A stretch of DNA of 64,000 nt from positions 4,698-68,697 of the forward strand of contig DATEGI010000046.1 in assembly GCA_035280205.1 (NCBI GenBank), read 5' to 3'. Below, piece after piece: positions 37,606 to 47,429 of this stretch (its first letter is position 1; every line of letters begins with the position of its first letter). The notes under the pieces were generated by a model, which had not been told where the DNA came from, did not search any database, and saw only the letters and a list, made by a program, of their open reading frames with translations. This stretch comes from Terriglobales bacterium. Lineage in GTDB: Bacteria > Acidobacteriota > Terriglobia > Terriglobales > Acidobacteriaceae. The translations under genes were made by a program, and so were the position numbers.

Positions 37606-38037
37606 ATGAAAACAGAGCCCCATGGAATAGGCGGCTGGCTTTCGCTGTTCTGTATTCCTCTGCTGCCCGTGGGCCTTCTCTACGTGTTCGGGGGATTAGC
37701 CGCTGCCAGACACGGAACACACGACGGAATTCTTGGTGGAGCATTCCTCATAGCGCTGGGGATTCTTACAATCACAGCATTTACGCTGCTCTGCCTGCAT
37801 CACAGAGCCGCTGTCAATTTGGTGTACAGCTACTTAACGGCGCAAGCGCTCTTTTGGCTCATGGCCACGCTCGGCGGTGAACCGCCTGCCTTGTTTGCGG
37901 GACTACTCGCGATCAGCATCGCATGGGCGCTGTACTTCCACCGCTCCCAACGAGTGCGCAATACGTTCTTCCGAGGTGCTGCTCCTGCCGCGGCACCAGC
38001 AGCCAGCGAATATCGCCCTTTTGCCGACGTCCAATAG
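37606..38037 (+). CDS. DUF2569-like integral membrane protein
   Basis: N-terminal GIGGWL motif followed by about 4 TM helices. ATG 37606 preferred over the ORF start at 37498. Confidence 0.65.
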   Translation: MKTEPHGIGGWLSLFCIPLLPVGLLYVFGGLAAARHGTHDGILGGAFLIALGILTITAFTLLCLHHRAAVNLVYSYLTAQALFWLMATLGGEPPALFAGLLAISIAWALYFHRSQRVRNTFFRGAAPAAAPAASEYRPFADVQ

Positions 38038-38137
38038 ACCCTAGCATCAAATTTGCCGTCCTCTGCCTAAGGCCCTTCCCTTCGCGGGCATGTTTGGCGG
38101 AAAATAGATAGGACACCTCAGGGGTGAGGAGTAGCTC

Positions 38138-38812
38138 ATGAAATCTCGTCTGCTTGCAATGTTTGTAGCTTCCGTATTCGTGCTCGTAAGCGGCGCGCTG
38201 GCTGCCGACCAGATCAGCGGCGATTACATTGAAACCCGCAGCGCCGATGTGTGGACCGGTCCTTGCTTTGCCAACGGCCAAGTCGGCCTGAACGGCCAGG
38301 AAGCCATCCTGGCATGGCACGTGCAGCGCGGCGCCTGGAACGGCGTCAGCCTCGCCGGCCACAGCGTAGTCGCCGTGGTGCGCGCCAACGCCACCCTTGG
38401 CGATCCCTATGCCGACCCCTATCCCGCCAAGGCCATCCTGATTGTGGATGACGAAGCCACGCCGCAGCAGCAGGCTGCGCTCAGCGCTTTTGCCCGCCAC
38501 ATGGGTGGCAAGTTGCTGGCCAGCGTGGATCGGGTGGTTCCCGCTCCCATTGACTTCGCCGTTTTGCGCGACCACCAGCACCATGGTGCCGCCTTCCTGC
38601 GCGCCGGCAGCTTTGTGACCGTGCAGACCCGCGGGCTCAACGACCACGACCACTTCTGCGGCAACGAGCACACCTACTACCCGCCGCTCACGGAAACCGC
38701 CAACGCCATGCCGGTGGTGGCCATGACTGACAAGTACCAGGGCAACGACCTAGGCGAATCCTGGGAACTGCACGACCAGCGCAGCGCCTTTGTGGGCACC
38801 TTCACCCGCTGA
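38138..38812 (+). CDS. Secreted DUF1326-like protein
   Basis: GAGGAG SD and signal peptide. Block pattern (SGDYIE..., ILAWHV..G.W.GV.L.G..V.AVV, ILIVDDEA...Q..AL..) resembles my memory of DUF1326. Confidence 0.6.
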   Translation: MKSRLLAMFVASVFVLVSGALAADQISGDYIETRSADVWTGPCFANGQVGLNGQEAILAWHVQRGAWNGVSLAGHSVVAVVRANATLGDPYADPYPAKAILIVDDEATPQQQAALSAFARHMGGKLLASVDRVVPAPIDFAVLRDHQHHGAAFLRAGSFVTVQTRGLNDHDHFCGNEHTYYPPLTETANAMPVVAMTDKYQGNDLGESWELHDQRSAFVGTFTR

Positions 38813-38858
38813 GCCGCAGTCGGCGGCGGACCGAAACAGAAGATCGAGTTGGGAAATG

Positions 38859-38891
38859 GCGCGGAGCTCAGCTGAGTTCCGCGCTTTTTTT
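38859..38891 (+). terminator. Rho-independent terminator after the DUF1326-like gene
   Basis: GCGCGGAGCTCAGCTGAGTTCCGCGC hairpin followed by TTTTTTT. Confidence 0.8.
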
Positions 38892-38941
38892 GATCCCGCG
38901 GTTTTTTCCTGCCGATTTTACCTGCCGAAAATTTTCCCTCT

Positions 38942-38996
38942 GTCATCCCGAGCGAGCCCGAGCCTGCGAGGTAAGGGCGAGTCGAGGGACCTTGCG
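38942..38996 (+). repeat. REP-like element GTCATCCCGAG...GAGGGACCTTGC (copy 2 of 3)
   Basis: Termini match copies at 25050 and 40125. Confidence 0.8.
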
Positions 38997-39400
38997 GTTT
39001 TTTTTGCAGGCGGGCACGGCATCCGATTACGGTCTCGTAGAGACCGCATGAACGTAGCCCGCCAGTTTACTGGCGGGGCGGCCAGGGCAACGTCATGCCA
39101 GTCCCGTCAGGGACGGCTGAATCCCTTGCTTGCGATTAAGCAATTCAGTCAGGGTGGCGCTGGCCTTCAGGCCTGCATCAGGAGCGGACAAATGATGTGG
39201 TTTCGCGCCCGCAATGTGTTTTGCGGAGTACCTCAGCGGCTGAAGCCTGCATCGCCAACCGCTTTACTGCAGAGCCAAGGCCCTGCTCTACCCTCTTCCG
39301 TTTCGTCGGAGCTTGAATAATCAATGCACAGTGGATACCACCCGAACTTGAGCCCTGCAATCGCGACGGAGTATCCTGCTCATCTTCGCTGGAGGAAGAT

Positions 39401-40063
39401 GTGCGCAACCGTACTCTCGTCCTTGTTGCTCTGTTCTTATCCCTCACTCCACTCCTGTTGGCCGCCCCTGCCGGCAAGGTCGAGCCTATTGGCGCGCTCA
39501 CCGATGCGGCCGCGTCGGACGCGCTGAAAAAGGCGGTGGAACCAACCGGCTACCGCGTTCTGCTGGACGATGGCAGCGAGTGGTGCAAAATTTGGCTGCG
39601 TGCTGGCGTCCCGGCGAGTGGCAAGTCGGAGGTCGAAGGTGCGCTCTTCCCTCAACTCGCTGAATCCACGCTGATTGGTGTGATTTCGTTCACCAAGCCG
39701 GCCACGGATTATCGCGGCCAGGCGGTTCAGCCTGGCCTTTACACCTTGCGTTACGAACTCCTGCCCAATGACGGCAACCACTTGGGCGTCGCCGATAACC
39801 GCGATTTCGCTTTGCTGGTGCGTGCTGCCGACGACCCCGATCCCGCCGCCAACTTCGACTTCAAGCAGCTCGTGGCACTGAGCCGCAAGGCCACCGGCGC
39901 CGCCCATCCCGGTCCGATTAATTTAATGCAGCCCGCAAGCGACACTGTGCCCGCCATCAGCAACGACGGCCAGGAACACTGGATTTTTGCCGCCAAGCTG
40001 AAGATGCAGACTGGCGAGCCGTTGCTGATCGGGATTGTGGTGAGGGGCAAGGCGGCAGAATGA
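39401..40063 (+). CDS. Hypothetical secreted protein (220 aa)
   Basis: GTG start with GGAGGAAG 5 nt upstream. Signal peptide LVLVALFLSLTPLLLAAPA. No recognised domain. Confidence 0.6.
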   Translation: MRNRTLVLVALFLSLTPLLLAAPAGKVEPIGALTDAAASDALKKAVEPTGYRVLLDDGSEWCKIWLRAGVPASGKSEVEGALFPQLAESTLIGVISFTKPATDYRGQAVQPGLYTLRYELLPNDGNHLGVADNRDFALLVRAADDPDPAANFDFKQLVALSRKATGAAHPGPINLMQPASDTVPAISNDGQEHWIFAAKLKMQTGEPLLIGIVVRGKAAE

Positions 40064-40124
40064 GTCTCGGATTTCCAGTTTCGACATTGGCGCCCTCGCA
40101 CCAACATGACGAAGTCTTAACTCC

Positions 40125-40190
40125 GTCATCCTGAGCGCAGTGGACTGATTCGCTTGCGAATCAGGCCGCGGAGTCGAAGGACCTTTGCGC
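40125..40190 (+). repeat. REP-like element GTCATCCTGAG...GTCGAAGGACCTTTGCGC (copy 3 of 3)
   Basis: The core contains the perfect hairpin CTGATTCGC-TT-GCGAATCAG (40145-40164). Confidence 0.85.
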
Positions 40191-40550
40191 AGCCCCATTC
40201 ATCCGAGCGGCTCCAGGGAGTTCTCTTGAAAATTCTTTTCAGCGGCTTAGCGGCTTGCGGCCGCCGAGGGTGTTTCGACGCGGGTCACTTTGGAGAATGC
40301 ATGTTGCGTTTTGAAGCGGCTGCTATGGCGAATCGCAGCACTCGTCACTTGCGCCGTAAGTCTCTGGTTGCACGCCGGTTAGCTACGCCCTCCCATATAA
40401 ATCAATAAGTTCCGCTTTTTTCCTCTGATGCGAATCGCAACAAATCGCTGTGGTGTTTTTCCGCTCCAAAAATGAAACATTTGCAACAGCAATCACCTAA
40501 ATTCTTCCGCCGCAATGAGCTGCAACCACCTGTGTGCGCACCTCACACTT

Positions 40551-40566
40551 CGGCACTGGGATTGCC
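40551..40566 (+). promoter_or_regulatory. Candidate sigma-54 (-24/-12) promoter cGGCACtgggaTTGCc
   Basis: GGCAC at 40552-56 and TTGC at 40562-65 with canonical GG-N10-GC spacing, 80 nt upstream of the ATG at 40645. Confidence 0.45.
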
Positions 40567-40644
40567 TTTAGGAAGGGTGGCGAGCGGCAAGCAACCAAAG
40601 CCACCGCCAATCGGCTTGGCGCACAAGCGCTGAGGAGGTGCCCA

Positions 40645-41328
40645 ATGACAGTCCTACTCGTAATCCTGACCTTTGCCGCGCTGCTCCTGATTGACCATTA
40701 CTACACGCGCAAGCGCCTGGTGGTCGGGGTCAAGCAGGAGATCGCTCCTCCGCAACGCGAAGGAGTCATGCCCGCGCGCTTGCAACCCAGCCTGGTCGGC
40801 GGTTTCCAGGTGCCAGAAAATCTGCGCTACCACCCCGGGCACACGTGGGCGCTGAATGAGAGCCCTACGCTGGTGCGGGTGGGTCTGGACGATTTCGCCT
40901 CCAAGCTGGCGGGCAAGATCGAGCGCATTACCCTGCCGCAGCGCGGCCAGTGGATTCGCCAGGGCCAGAAGGTCTGGACGCTATATCGTGACGGCACCAG
41001 CGTGGACATGGTTTCGCCCATCGAGGGCAGCGTGGCCGAGATCAATGAAGCCGTCCTGCTCGATCCCGCCCTGGCCTCCCGCGATCCCTATGGCGATGGC
41101 TGGGTGGTGACCGTGCAATCGCCAGATGCGAAAACCAATTTCCGCAATCTGCTGGGCGGAGCGCTGGCCCGCTGGTGGACCGAAGAATCAGCTTCCCGCC
41201 TGCAGCGGTTGATGCCGGGGGCGCTGGGCGCGTTGGCGCAGGATGGCGGCGTAGCCATGGCCGACCTGACCAGCCACATGCCCGACCAGGAATGGGTGAA
41301 GGTGGCCCGCGAGTTCTTTCTGACCTAA
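40645..41328 (+). CDS. Membrane-anchored glycine-cleavage-H-like (lipoyl-domain fold) protein lacking the lipoyl lysine
   Basis: GAGGAGG SD and N-terminal TM helix. GcvH-like core (YHPGHTWA...VRVGLDDFA...SPIEGSVAEIN...DPYGDGW). The ESVKA lysine position reads YRDGT. Confidence 0.75.
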   Translation: MTVLLVILTFAALLLIDHYYTRKRLVVGVKQEIAPPQREGVMPARLQPSLVGGFQVPENLRYHPGHTWALNESPTLVRVGLDDFASKLAGKIERITLPQRGQWIRQGQKVWTLYRDGTSVDMVSPIEGSVAEINEAVLLDPALASRDPYGDGWVVTVQSPDAKTNFRNLLGGALARWWTEESASRLQRLMPGALGALAQDGGVAMADLTSHMPDQEWVKVAREFFLT

Positions 41329-41510
41329 CCCGATAGAAGGCCAGGATTCAGTCGCGCCGCGCGCGCCGCGTCCAGGAAACCTCCAGGCCAGGACGCGGAA
41401 CGCCAGGCGCGGCTGAACTTTTTGCCACGCCATCCGTGTGTAAGGAAGCTTCGTTGTACAACGGGGGTTTGCAAAAAAATCCTAACGCCTGTAAACAACA
41501 GTTGGCCGTC

Positions 41511-42107
41511 ATGAAACGCGAACGCAGCCTGAAATCCGTTCTGGCACTATTGGCTATTCTGACAGGTGCAGGGTTGTTCGTAATCGTCGTTTCTTTCGCA
41601 GCCATCCCAGGAACACGAGATCTCCCAAGGAGCGTGTACAACCGTGCTCGCTGGTGGGGTACCACGATTAGTTGGAATGGAGTCAGGTTTAAGCTACCAC
41701 CGCCATGGTTCCGACTGGGTGAAAGGGAGCAGGTCTCGGGAAGAGTAACGTTCTTTCGGGATCAGTTTCCATGGGCAGAGCACAGCTTATCTTCGATTAC
41801 CTTCAAGGAACCGTTCCCCAGTGATTTTGCCCAAAATCCCGAGGACGGTCTTCGGCGATGGCAACAATTGAAAAATACTATATGGTCCAACCCAGTTTCG
41901 TATCCCCAGGTGATTGGCCACTATTACTCTATAGTGCACGGTTCCAAGAACGATTTTCGTTGCGCGAATACGGAACGACAAATGGCGCCTGGAGAGAAGT
42001 ACGTAGAAATTGATTGTATTGAGACTCGTAGCGGCTGGGGTTTTGAGTACAAAGGCAGGCAAGAGGACGTGACCGAAGCCGTGTCCATCCTGGAGAATGG
42101 CTCTTAA
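41511..42107 (+). CDS. Hypothetical membrane-anchored protein (198 aa) in a lower-GC patch
   Basis: N-terminal TM/signal anchor. No recognisable domain. Visibly AT-richer than its surroundings. Confidence 0.55.
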   Translation: MKRERSLKSVLALLAILTGAGLFVIVVSFAAIPGTRDLPRSVYNRARWWGTTISWNGVRFKLPPPWFRLGEREQVSGRVTFFRDQFPWAEHSLSSITFKEPFPSDFAQNPEDGLRRWQQLKNTIWSNPVSYPQVIGHYYSIVHGSKNDFRCANTERQMAPGEKYVEIDCIETRSGWGFEYKGRQEDVTEAVSILENGS

Positions 42108-42227
42108 CCGCCAACCCGAGGTTCAACAATAACGACTGAAAAATTACCGCGGCGCATTTCGTTTAACTGCACACGCGACTGATCGCATTGATTTCCAGAC
42201 AGGTTTTTCCCCGTATTTCTCACGCCT

Positions 42228-42971
42228 TCACCGCACCAGGGACTGCACCCAAGCCGCGAACTGCAGCCACCCACTGGTTCTGCCGACAGGCCCACATGTC
42301 TGTTGGATGGTTATGAGGAATGCGCTGCCGCAGAGCGTACTAGCGTACACACTGTGCGTTGACCACAGATCGTAGGCGGCAATCATGAGCAGAAAGATGT
42401 ATGAGTAGGGCGCTCCATGGTGATGTCGCACAAGAAAAGGCCAGCGATTGATGGCAGCGACCGACAGCCCCACCGTGGCGATAACCAGGAGACGCTTGTG
42501 AACAACTGGATTCGTGCGATTGCGGAAGGAAAAGGAAATCAGGGTCGCGAATATCAGCATGTCGCCGAGAGGAACGGCGAAGAACGACTTCGGATCAAGT
42601 CCGGGCGGCCCGGCTCCCCGTGCCAAAGCGTCGGTGGCAGCCAGCAGCCCAAGAACGATCATCAGGCACGCCCAGAAGAACGCCGCCATCCCCAGGCGCC
42701 GGTGAACGTCAACGCGCCGCGCCGATACCAGCGCTGTTTGCGTGACCAGCAACAAGATCCAAACAGAAAAGACTGCGCCGTGCAGGTGAATGATCAGACT
42801 TGGCAGGGGCGCGCTAAAGACACCCGCCAAATAGTACGTTCGCGCGAATCCCGCAAAGACTGCCGCCGCGAGCAGCAGGGCCATGGAGGAAAAGAACAAA
42901 TGATCGAATTGCCGGCCCGGCAGTCTGGTTTTACGTGCGGGAACACTGCTCGGGCATGCCGCCGTCGCCAT
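42228..42971 (-). CDS. Hypothetical polytopic membrane protein (about 6 TM)
   Basis: ATG at 42971 and multiple hydrophobic helices. No recognised family. Confidence 0.65.
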   Translation of the reverse strand: MATAACPSSVPARKTRLPGRQFDHLFFSSMALLLAAAVFAGFARTYYLAGVFSAPLPSLIIHLHGAVFSVWILLLVTQTALVSARRVDVHRRLGMAAFFWACLMIVLGLLAATDALARGAGPPGLDPKSFFAVPLGDMLIFATLISFSFRNRTNPVVHKRLLVIATVGLSVAAINRWPFLVRHHHGAPYSYIFLLMIAAYDLWSTHSVYASTLCGSAFLITIQQTCGPVGRTSGWLQFAAWVQSLVR

Positions 42972-43113
42972 TCGTCCACCACCCCTGCACTTCCAGCCAA
43001 CGGGGCGGAATTGTACAACGAATAGGACCCCCGAAAGGCATTCTGTAAAGTGTGCTAACCCCGTTCCCGCTAGTTGCGGCCCCGGATACTTCAGCCCTTC
43101 CGAGGACTACTCT

Positions 43114-46100
43114 CTACTGCAGCTTCGCGTACTCCGCCTTGGCTTCCTTCAGGATGGGGATGTCGGAATCAGCCTCCTTCCACAGAGCGAAGAAGTCCTG
43201 GTAGGCGGCTCTTGCCTTTGCCGCGTCTCCGGTCATTACATACGAGCGGCCCAGGCCCAGCTTGGCCAGCGAATGTTCGGGACCCACCGGAGCAATCCCA
43301 CGATGCTCCACAATCTTCTGGAATTCCGCGGCTGCCTCGGTCCCGCGTTTGGCCTGCAGGTATGCCAGCCCGCGGATATACACCGGCAGGAGCCCCTGGG
43401 CAACGCCGAGCTCATATGGTGCCGCCGTTTGCAGGCGCTCAATCGCATCTTGAGGAGCCTTGCGGTTCATGGCGATCAAGGCTTCCACCATGGGAATGTT
43501 TACCGCGTGCAGCAGGGTGTCTGACGGGAAGCGGCGGGTCAATTCTTCCGTAATCGCCTGCGCACGGCTCGCTTCCCCGCTCATGGCCAAGGCAAAGGCC
43601 ACTAGCTCCAAATTAGCCCGGTCCCGCGCCAGGCTGGAACTGGTGGTGCATAGTTGGCGGGCCTTGGCCGCATTCCCCACCTCGGCATGAATGAGCGCCG
43701 ACCCCGCCTGTGTTGCCGCGGTTGTGCTCTTGAAGCCGAGCCGGTCGGTGACCTGCATCGAACGCCGCATCAAATCATCCGATTTACTTATTTCTCCCCT
43801 GGCCGCGGCCGCACTGGTGGCCTCGTTGAGCAGCAGGTATTCGCTTGACTTACCTTCTGCCCACTTCAATTCCTGCCTCATGCTGCCGTCATCACCGTTT
43901 AAAAAGGCCAGGTCGTAGAGCCCCTGGTGAACAAACAAATTGTCTGCCTTGGCGTCCACCGCCCGTTTCAGAACGGAACGTGCTTCCTCTATCCGGTTCA
44001 GCGCCAGGTACCCCAGTTCCGCATGCAGATACCCAAATGGGGTGTTCGGTTCCAAGCGAATACATTCGGAGGCCATTGGGATAGCTTTTTCAAAATCCGC
44101 GTAAAACAGGTTGTACTCCAGGGCCAGGTTGCAGAAGGCAGTGGAGTCATTGGGATACGCCTTGATGGCCAGCTCGAGATTGTCCTTGTCTTTTTCGATG
44201 TCACCAGTAGCCGTGTAGTAGTGGTCAACGATGTAGAACCGCTCGCGGTCGCTGACGCGCTCGCGCAGGTCAAACGCCTTCCTGGCCTCTTCCAGGGATT
44301 TATCTTCTTCTCCCACGTTGCTGTAAACGGCGGCGAGTCGGGCATGCGCCATGGCAAAGTTCGGATCCAGCTCGATGGCGTGCTGGAACATGGGAATGGA
44401 TTCGGCTTCGCCGCCGCTGTTGCGCATTTCGTCGGCCGCGGCGTAAGCCTTCAATGCTTCCAGCGATGAGGTGGTCGCTTCGGTAACGGGGGTATTGAAT
44501 TTCTGAACCGATGCCAGGGACTCGCCCAGTTTGCCGCGCAGGGTTGAGGCTGCTTTTCCCACCGCCGGAAGGACAGTTTCCTTGCTGGCAGCGGTCACTT
44601 GCTCGCGCGCCAACGCATCGCCGGTGGCGCAGTTGATCGCGTCTATGGCCACCACGTACTGGCTTCCCAGTGCCGCAATCGAGCCGCCCAGCATGGCGCG
44701 GATGTTTTCGCGCTCGCAGATCTCCCGCGCCACGCTGCCAGTGACGCGCTCATCGGGGGCGCGCCCCATGAAGCGCAGCGCCTTGCGGACGGTTTGGTCA
44801 GGCACGATGTTCAGATAAGGAGACTGCTCGAGTTGCACCGCCAGCGCCTGTTTCAGCGTGCCGTCAAATACCGGGTCGCCGGTGGTGTTCACGAAGTCCG
44901 CCAGCAGAATGGAATCCTTCTCCGTCAGTCTGGGGTTGGTCCGCGAGCGCCAGTAAAGCGCGCCCGCAATTCCCACGGCCACCAGCAGTGCAGCGGCGAC
45001 CACCCGGTATTTTCTGCCGGCAGCGGTACCTGGCTGTCCTGCTGGGGGCTCGGATGTCGCGACCGGCGCGGGGGCCGGCTGTGGCCCGGGGGCCGGCTGT
45101 GGCCCGGCGGAACTGGCAGGACGGTGCGAGGCTGATGACGAACGCTGCGCGGCTGCGGCCACGCCGCTGGAATGCCGGGAAGGGACCTGTTCTTCAACCG
45201 CTGCCGGTGGCGGCTCTTCCACTGCGATCCTCTTGCCCGAGCCCGAATCCCTTTTTAGCCGCTGCAGTTCAGCCCGCATCTCGGATGCGTGCTGGTAACG
45301 CAGGTCGCGGTCCTTCTCCAGGGCGCGGTTGATGATGCGTTCCAGTTCGGCAGGCAGATCCGGGTTCAGCCGAACGGGAGATATCGGGGCACGCTCCAGG
45401 ATGGCGTTGAAGATCACTGCCGAGGTGTCTCCCCGGAACGGCAAGGTGCCCGTCGCCATCTCGTACAGCACCGCGCCAAAGGAAAACAGGTCGGTTCGCG
45501 CATCCAGTTCTTTGCCCTTCGCCTGCTCGGGCGACATATACGCCACCGTGCCCAGCGTTGTCCCCGGGCTGGTGAGATGCTGCTCACCCACGGTGGCCAG
45601 GGTTACGCCTGCGCCGCTTCTTTTGGACTCACCCGACACTTTCGCCAGGCCGAAGTCCAGAATCTTGGCGTGTCCGCGCTTAGTAATGAAGGCGTTGGCC
45701 GGCTTGATGTCCCGGTGCACGATGCCTTCGGTGTGCGCTGCATCCAGCGCGTCAGCGATTTCGATGGCGAGAGACAATAGCTGTTCGTACTCCAGTGGGT
45801 GCCCGGAGATGAGGTGCTTCAAAGTAACCCCATCCAGGAACTCCATCACGATGAAGGCCTTTTCGTCGTGCTCCCCGATATCGTAAATAGTGCAAATGTT
45901 GGGGTGATTCAGAGCCGAAGCGGCTTGCGCTTCGCGCTGAAATCGGGACAGCGATTGTGGGTCGCGGAACACCTCTTCTGGCAGGAACTTGAGCGCAACA
46001 AAGCGATGCAAACGGGTGTCCTCGGCTTTGTAGACCACACCCATGCCACCGCCGCCGAGCTTTTCGATGATGTGGTAGTGGGAGACTTTCTCGCCGATCA

Positions 46101-46134
46101 CGGAAGCGGAATGGTATGGGACGACACAAGGCAA
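43114..46134 (-). CDS. Ser/Thr protein kinase with Pro-rich linker, TM segment and C-terminal TPR repeats (1006 aa)
   Basis: [29 protein letters not shown] motifs. TPR region at the C-terminus. Start is TTG at 46134 or a nearby GTG. Confidence 0.9.
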   Translation of the reverse strand: MPCVVPYHSASVIGEKVSHYHIIEKLGGGGMGVVYKAEDTRLHRFVALKFLPEEVFRDPQSLSRFQREAQAASALNHPNICTIYDIGEHDEKAFIVMEFLDGVTLKHLISGHPLEYEQLLSLAIEIADALDAAHTEGIVHRDIKPANAFITKRGHAKILDFGLAKVSGESKRSGAGVTLATVGEQHLTSPGTTLGTVAYMSPEQAKGKELDARTDLFSFGAVLYEMATGTLPFRGDTSAVIFNAILERAPISPVRLNPDLPAELERIINRALEKDRDLRYQHASEMRAELQRLKRDSGSGKRIAVEEPPPAAVEEQVPSRHSSGVAAAAQRSSSASHRPASSAGPQPAPGPQPAPAPVATSEPPAGQPGTAAGRKYRVVAAALLVAVGIAGALYWRSRTNPRLTEKDSILLADFVNTTGDPVFDGTLKQALAVQLEQSPYLNIVPDQTVRKALRFMGRAPDERVTGSVAREICERENIRAMLGGSIAALGSQYVVAIDAINCATGDALAREQVTAASKETVLPAVGKAASTLRGKLGESLASVQKFNTPVTEATTSSLEALKAYAAADEMRNSGGEAESIPMFQHAIELDPNFAMAHARLAAVYSNVGEEDKSLEEARKAFDLRERVSDRERFYIVDHYYTATGDIEKDKDNLELAIKAYPNDSTAFCNLALEYNLFYADFEKAIPMASECIRLEPNTPFGYLHAELGYLALNRIEEARSVLKRAVDAKADNLFVHQGLYDLAFLNGDDGSMRQELKWAEGKSSEYLLLNEATSAAAARGEISKSDDLMRRSMQVTDRLGFKSTTAATQAGSALIHAEVGNAAKARQLCTTSSSLARDRANLELVAFALAMSGEASRAQAITEELTRRFPSDTLLHAVNIPMVEALIAMNRKAPQDAIERLQTAAPYELGVAQGLLPVYIRGLAYLQAKRGTEAAAEFQKIVEHRGIAPVGPEHSLAKLGLGRSYVMTGDAAKARAAYQDFFALWKEADSDIPILKEAKAEYAKLQ

Positions 46135-46280
46135 GTCAATGAAAAACCCAAGCTTAGTGCGGAGTGGAAGACGTCAATTAAGAAATTGCCTTAGCGCGTT
46201 TCATTGCGGCGGGCATTGTAAAGTGTGAGAAGGCCTGTTCACAACAATCAATTGTCTGAGCGTAAAATGTGTCACCACCA

Positions 46281-46829
46281 ATGAGAGAACTGGTTGCAGA
46301 TCTGTTCATCTCGCTCGACGGGTTCGCGTCGGGTGAAAACCAACCTCCCTACTTCGGTTACTTCGGCCAGGAACTCGGGGATTGGGTCCGCGATCATCTA
46401 GACGAAGCTCAAGTCATCATCATGGGGCGAGTTACGTATGAGGCACTGGCTCGGTTCTCGGCATCTGCAACCGATCCAGTCAGCCTCAGAATGAGGGATC
46501 TTCCCAAGCTGGTGTTTTCAAGCACTCTTCAAGAGCCGCTTTCCTGGAAGAATACGCGGCTGCTCAGGGGGAATGTTGCGGACGAGATTGGGGCGCTCAA
46601 GCGGCAGCGTGGGGATCCACTCAGATCCATCGGCAGCATCAGTCTGGTGAGGTGCATGATGCAGCTAGGACTGGTGGACCGACTCCGACTGATGATTTTT
46701 CCTATAATCCTTGGCAGTGTTGGCAGGGAGCCGATCTATTCCGGCTATGGATTAGCGCACCTAGAACTCATGGACACGAAGATCCTTGACTCGCGGCTCA
46801 TGCTCTTGGAATACCGGGCCATCAACTGA
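46281..46829 (+). CDS. Dihydrofolate reductase-family (RibD C-terminal domain) protein
   Basis: FISLDGF...G, VIIMGRVTYE and RL.IFPIILG blocks typical of the RibD_C/DHFR-like family. Confidence 0.8.
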   Translation: MRELVADLFISLDGFASGENQPPYFGYFGQELGDWVRDHLDEAQVIIMGRVTYEALARFSASATDPVSLRMRDLPKLVFSSTLQEPLSWKNTRLLRGNVADEIGALKRQRGDPLRSIGSISLVRCMMQLGLVDRLRLMIFPIILGSVGREPIYSGYGLAHLELMDTKILDSRLMLLEYRAIN

Positions 46830-46882
46830 ACAACCACCTAACAACTCTAGACAGTAGCCCCAGTAATTGCCTGGCTTTCAGC

Positions 46883-47170
46883 ATGCAACCAATAACTGGC
46901 GCGAATCGCCATAGCACTTTTCACTCGCTCCGACAGGGCTTTATGACGGTGCAAAGGGTGTCAAGGGAAGGCATGGCATTTAAACTGAAAGATCGTGTGC
47001 GAAGAGTCGGCCATAAAGAAGTGCGCACCGTCGAGGACATCCGTGAGCCCGATGAGCATGTGCTTCTCTTCGTAAATCCGGCTGCCGAAACTGTGTACTG
47101 GATTCAACTTGGCAATGACGTTGATAGTCGCATGTGGGTCAAGGAAAGTGAACTTGAACTTGCGGACTAA
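46883..47170 (+). CDS. Hypothetical small protein (start uncertain; 75-95 aa)
   Basis: Open frame in a lower-GC patch. No domain recognised and no clear SD. Confidence 0.35.
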   Translation: MQPITGANRHSTFHSLRQGFMTVQRVSREGMAFKLKDRVRRVGHKEVRTVEDIREPDEHVLLFVNPAAETVYWIQLGNDVDSRMWVKESELELAD

Positions 47171-47429
47171 ACGGTTTTCCCGCCCTTTGTCAGCGCGAAG
47201 CAAAATGATTGGCGAGAAATTGCCTTCACACTTTTCATTCCTCCCGACCCTCGCCTGTCGGCTTGCCGGCTCTTCGCCGTGGTGTATAAACCGGATGCCG
47301 AAAGCCCACCGCCCAAGCCCGGCGGCGCTTTACCACCGTGACTCCAATCACCCCTTTTCGTGATGTTTATCACCGTCTTTCGCCCCCTTTAAGCTCGAAA
47401 CTGGAAGTCGGGGTTGGTGGAGGACTGCC

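Noticed and set aside
37223-37744. 173-aa minus-strand ORF spanning the spacer upstream of the molybdoenzyme operon.
   Set aside because: It overlaps the start of the 2Fe-2S subunit gene and the DUF2569 gene, has an Arg/Ser/Pro-rich composition, and runs through hairpin repeats.
40154-40408. 84-aa plus-strand ORF in the 40.06-40.64 kb spacer.
   Set aside because: It starts inside REP copy 3, and has no SD and no domain. The region is better explained as repeats plus a promoter/enhancer region.
43037-43054. GGCAT(TC)TGTAAAGTGTG occurs on both sides of the 3-kb Ser/Thr kinase gene (43037-43054 and 46212-46227). I considered att-like direct repeats flanking a cassette.
   Set aside because: Only an 11-mer is exact, plus a 5-mer separated by a 2-nt indel. 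With about 2e9 position pairs in 64 kb against 4.2e6 possible 11-mers, exact 11-mer recurrences are expected by chance. The extended match is borderline. The kinase gene has native-looking composition, and no integrase is present.
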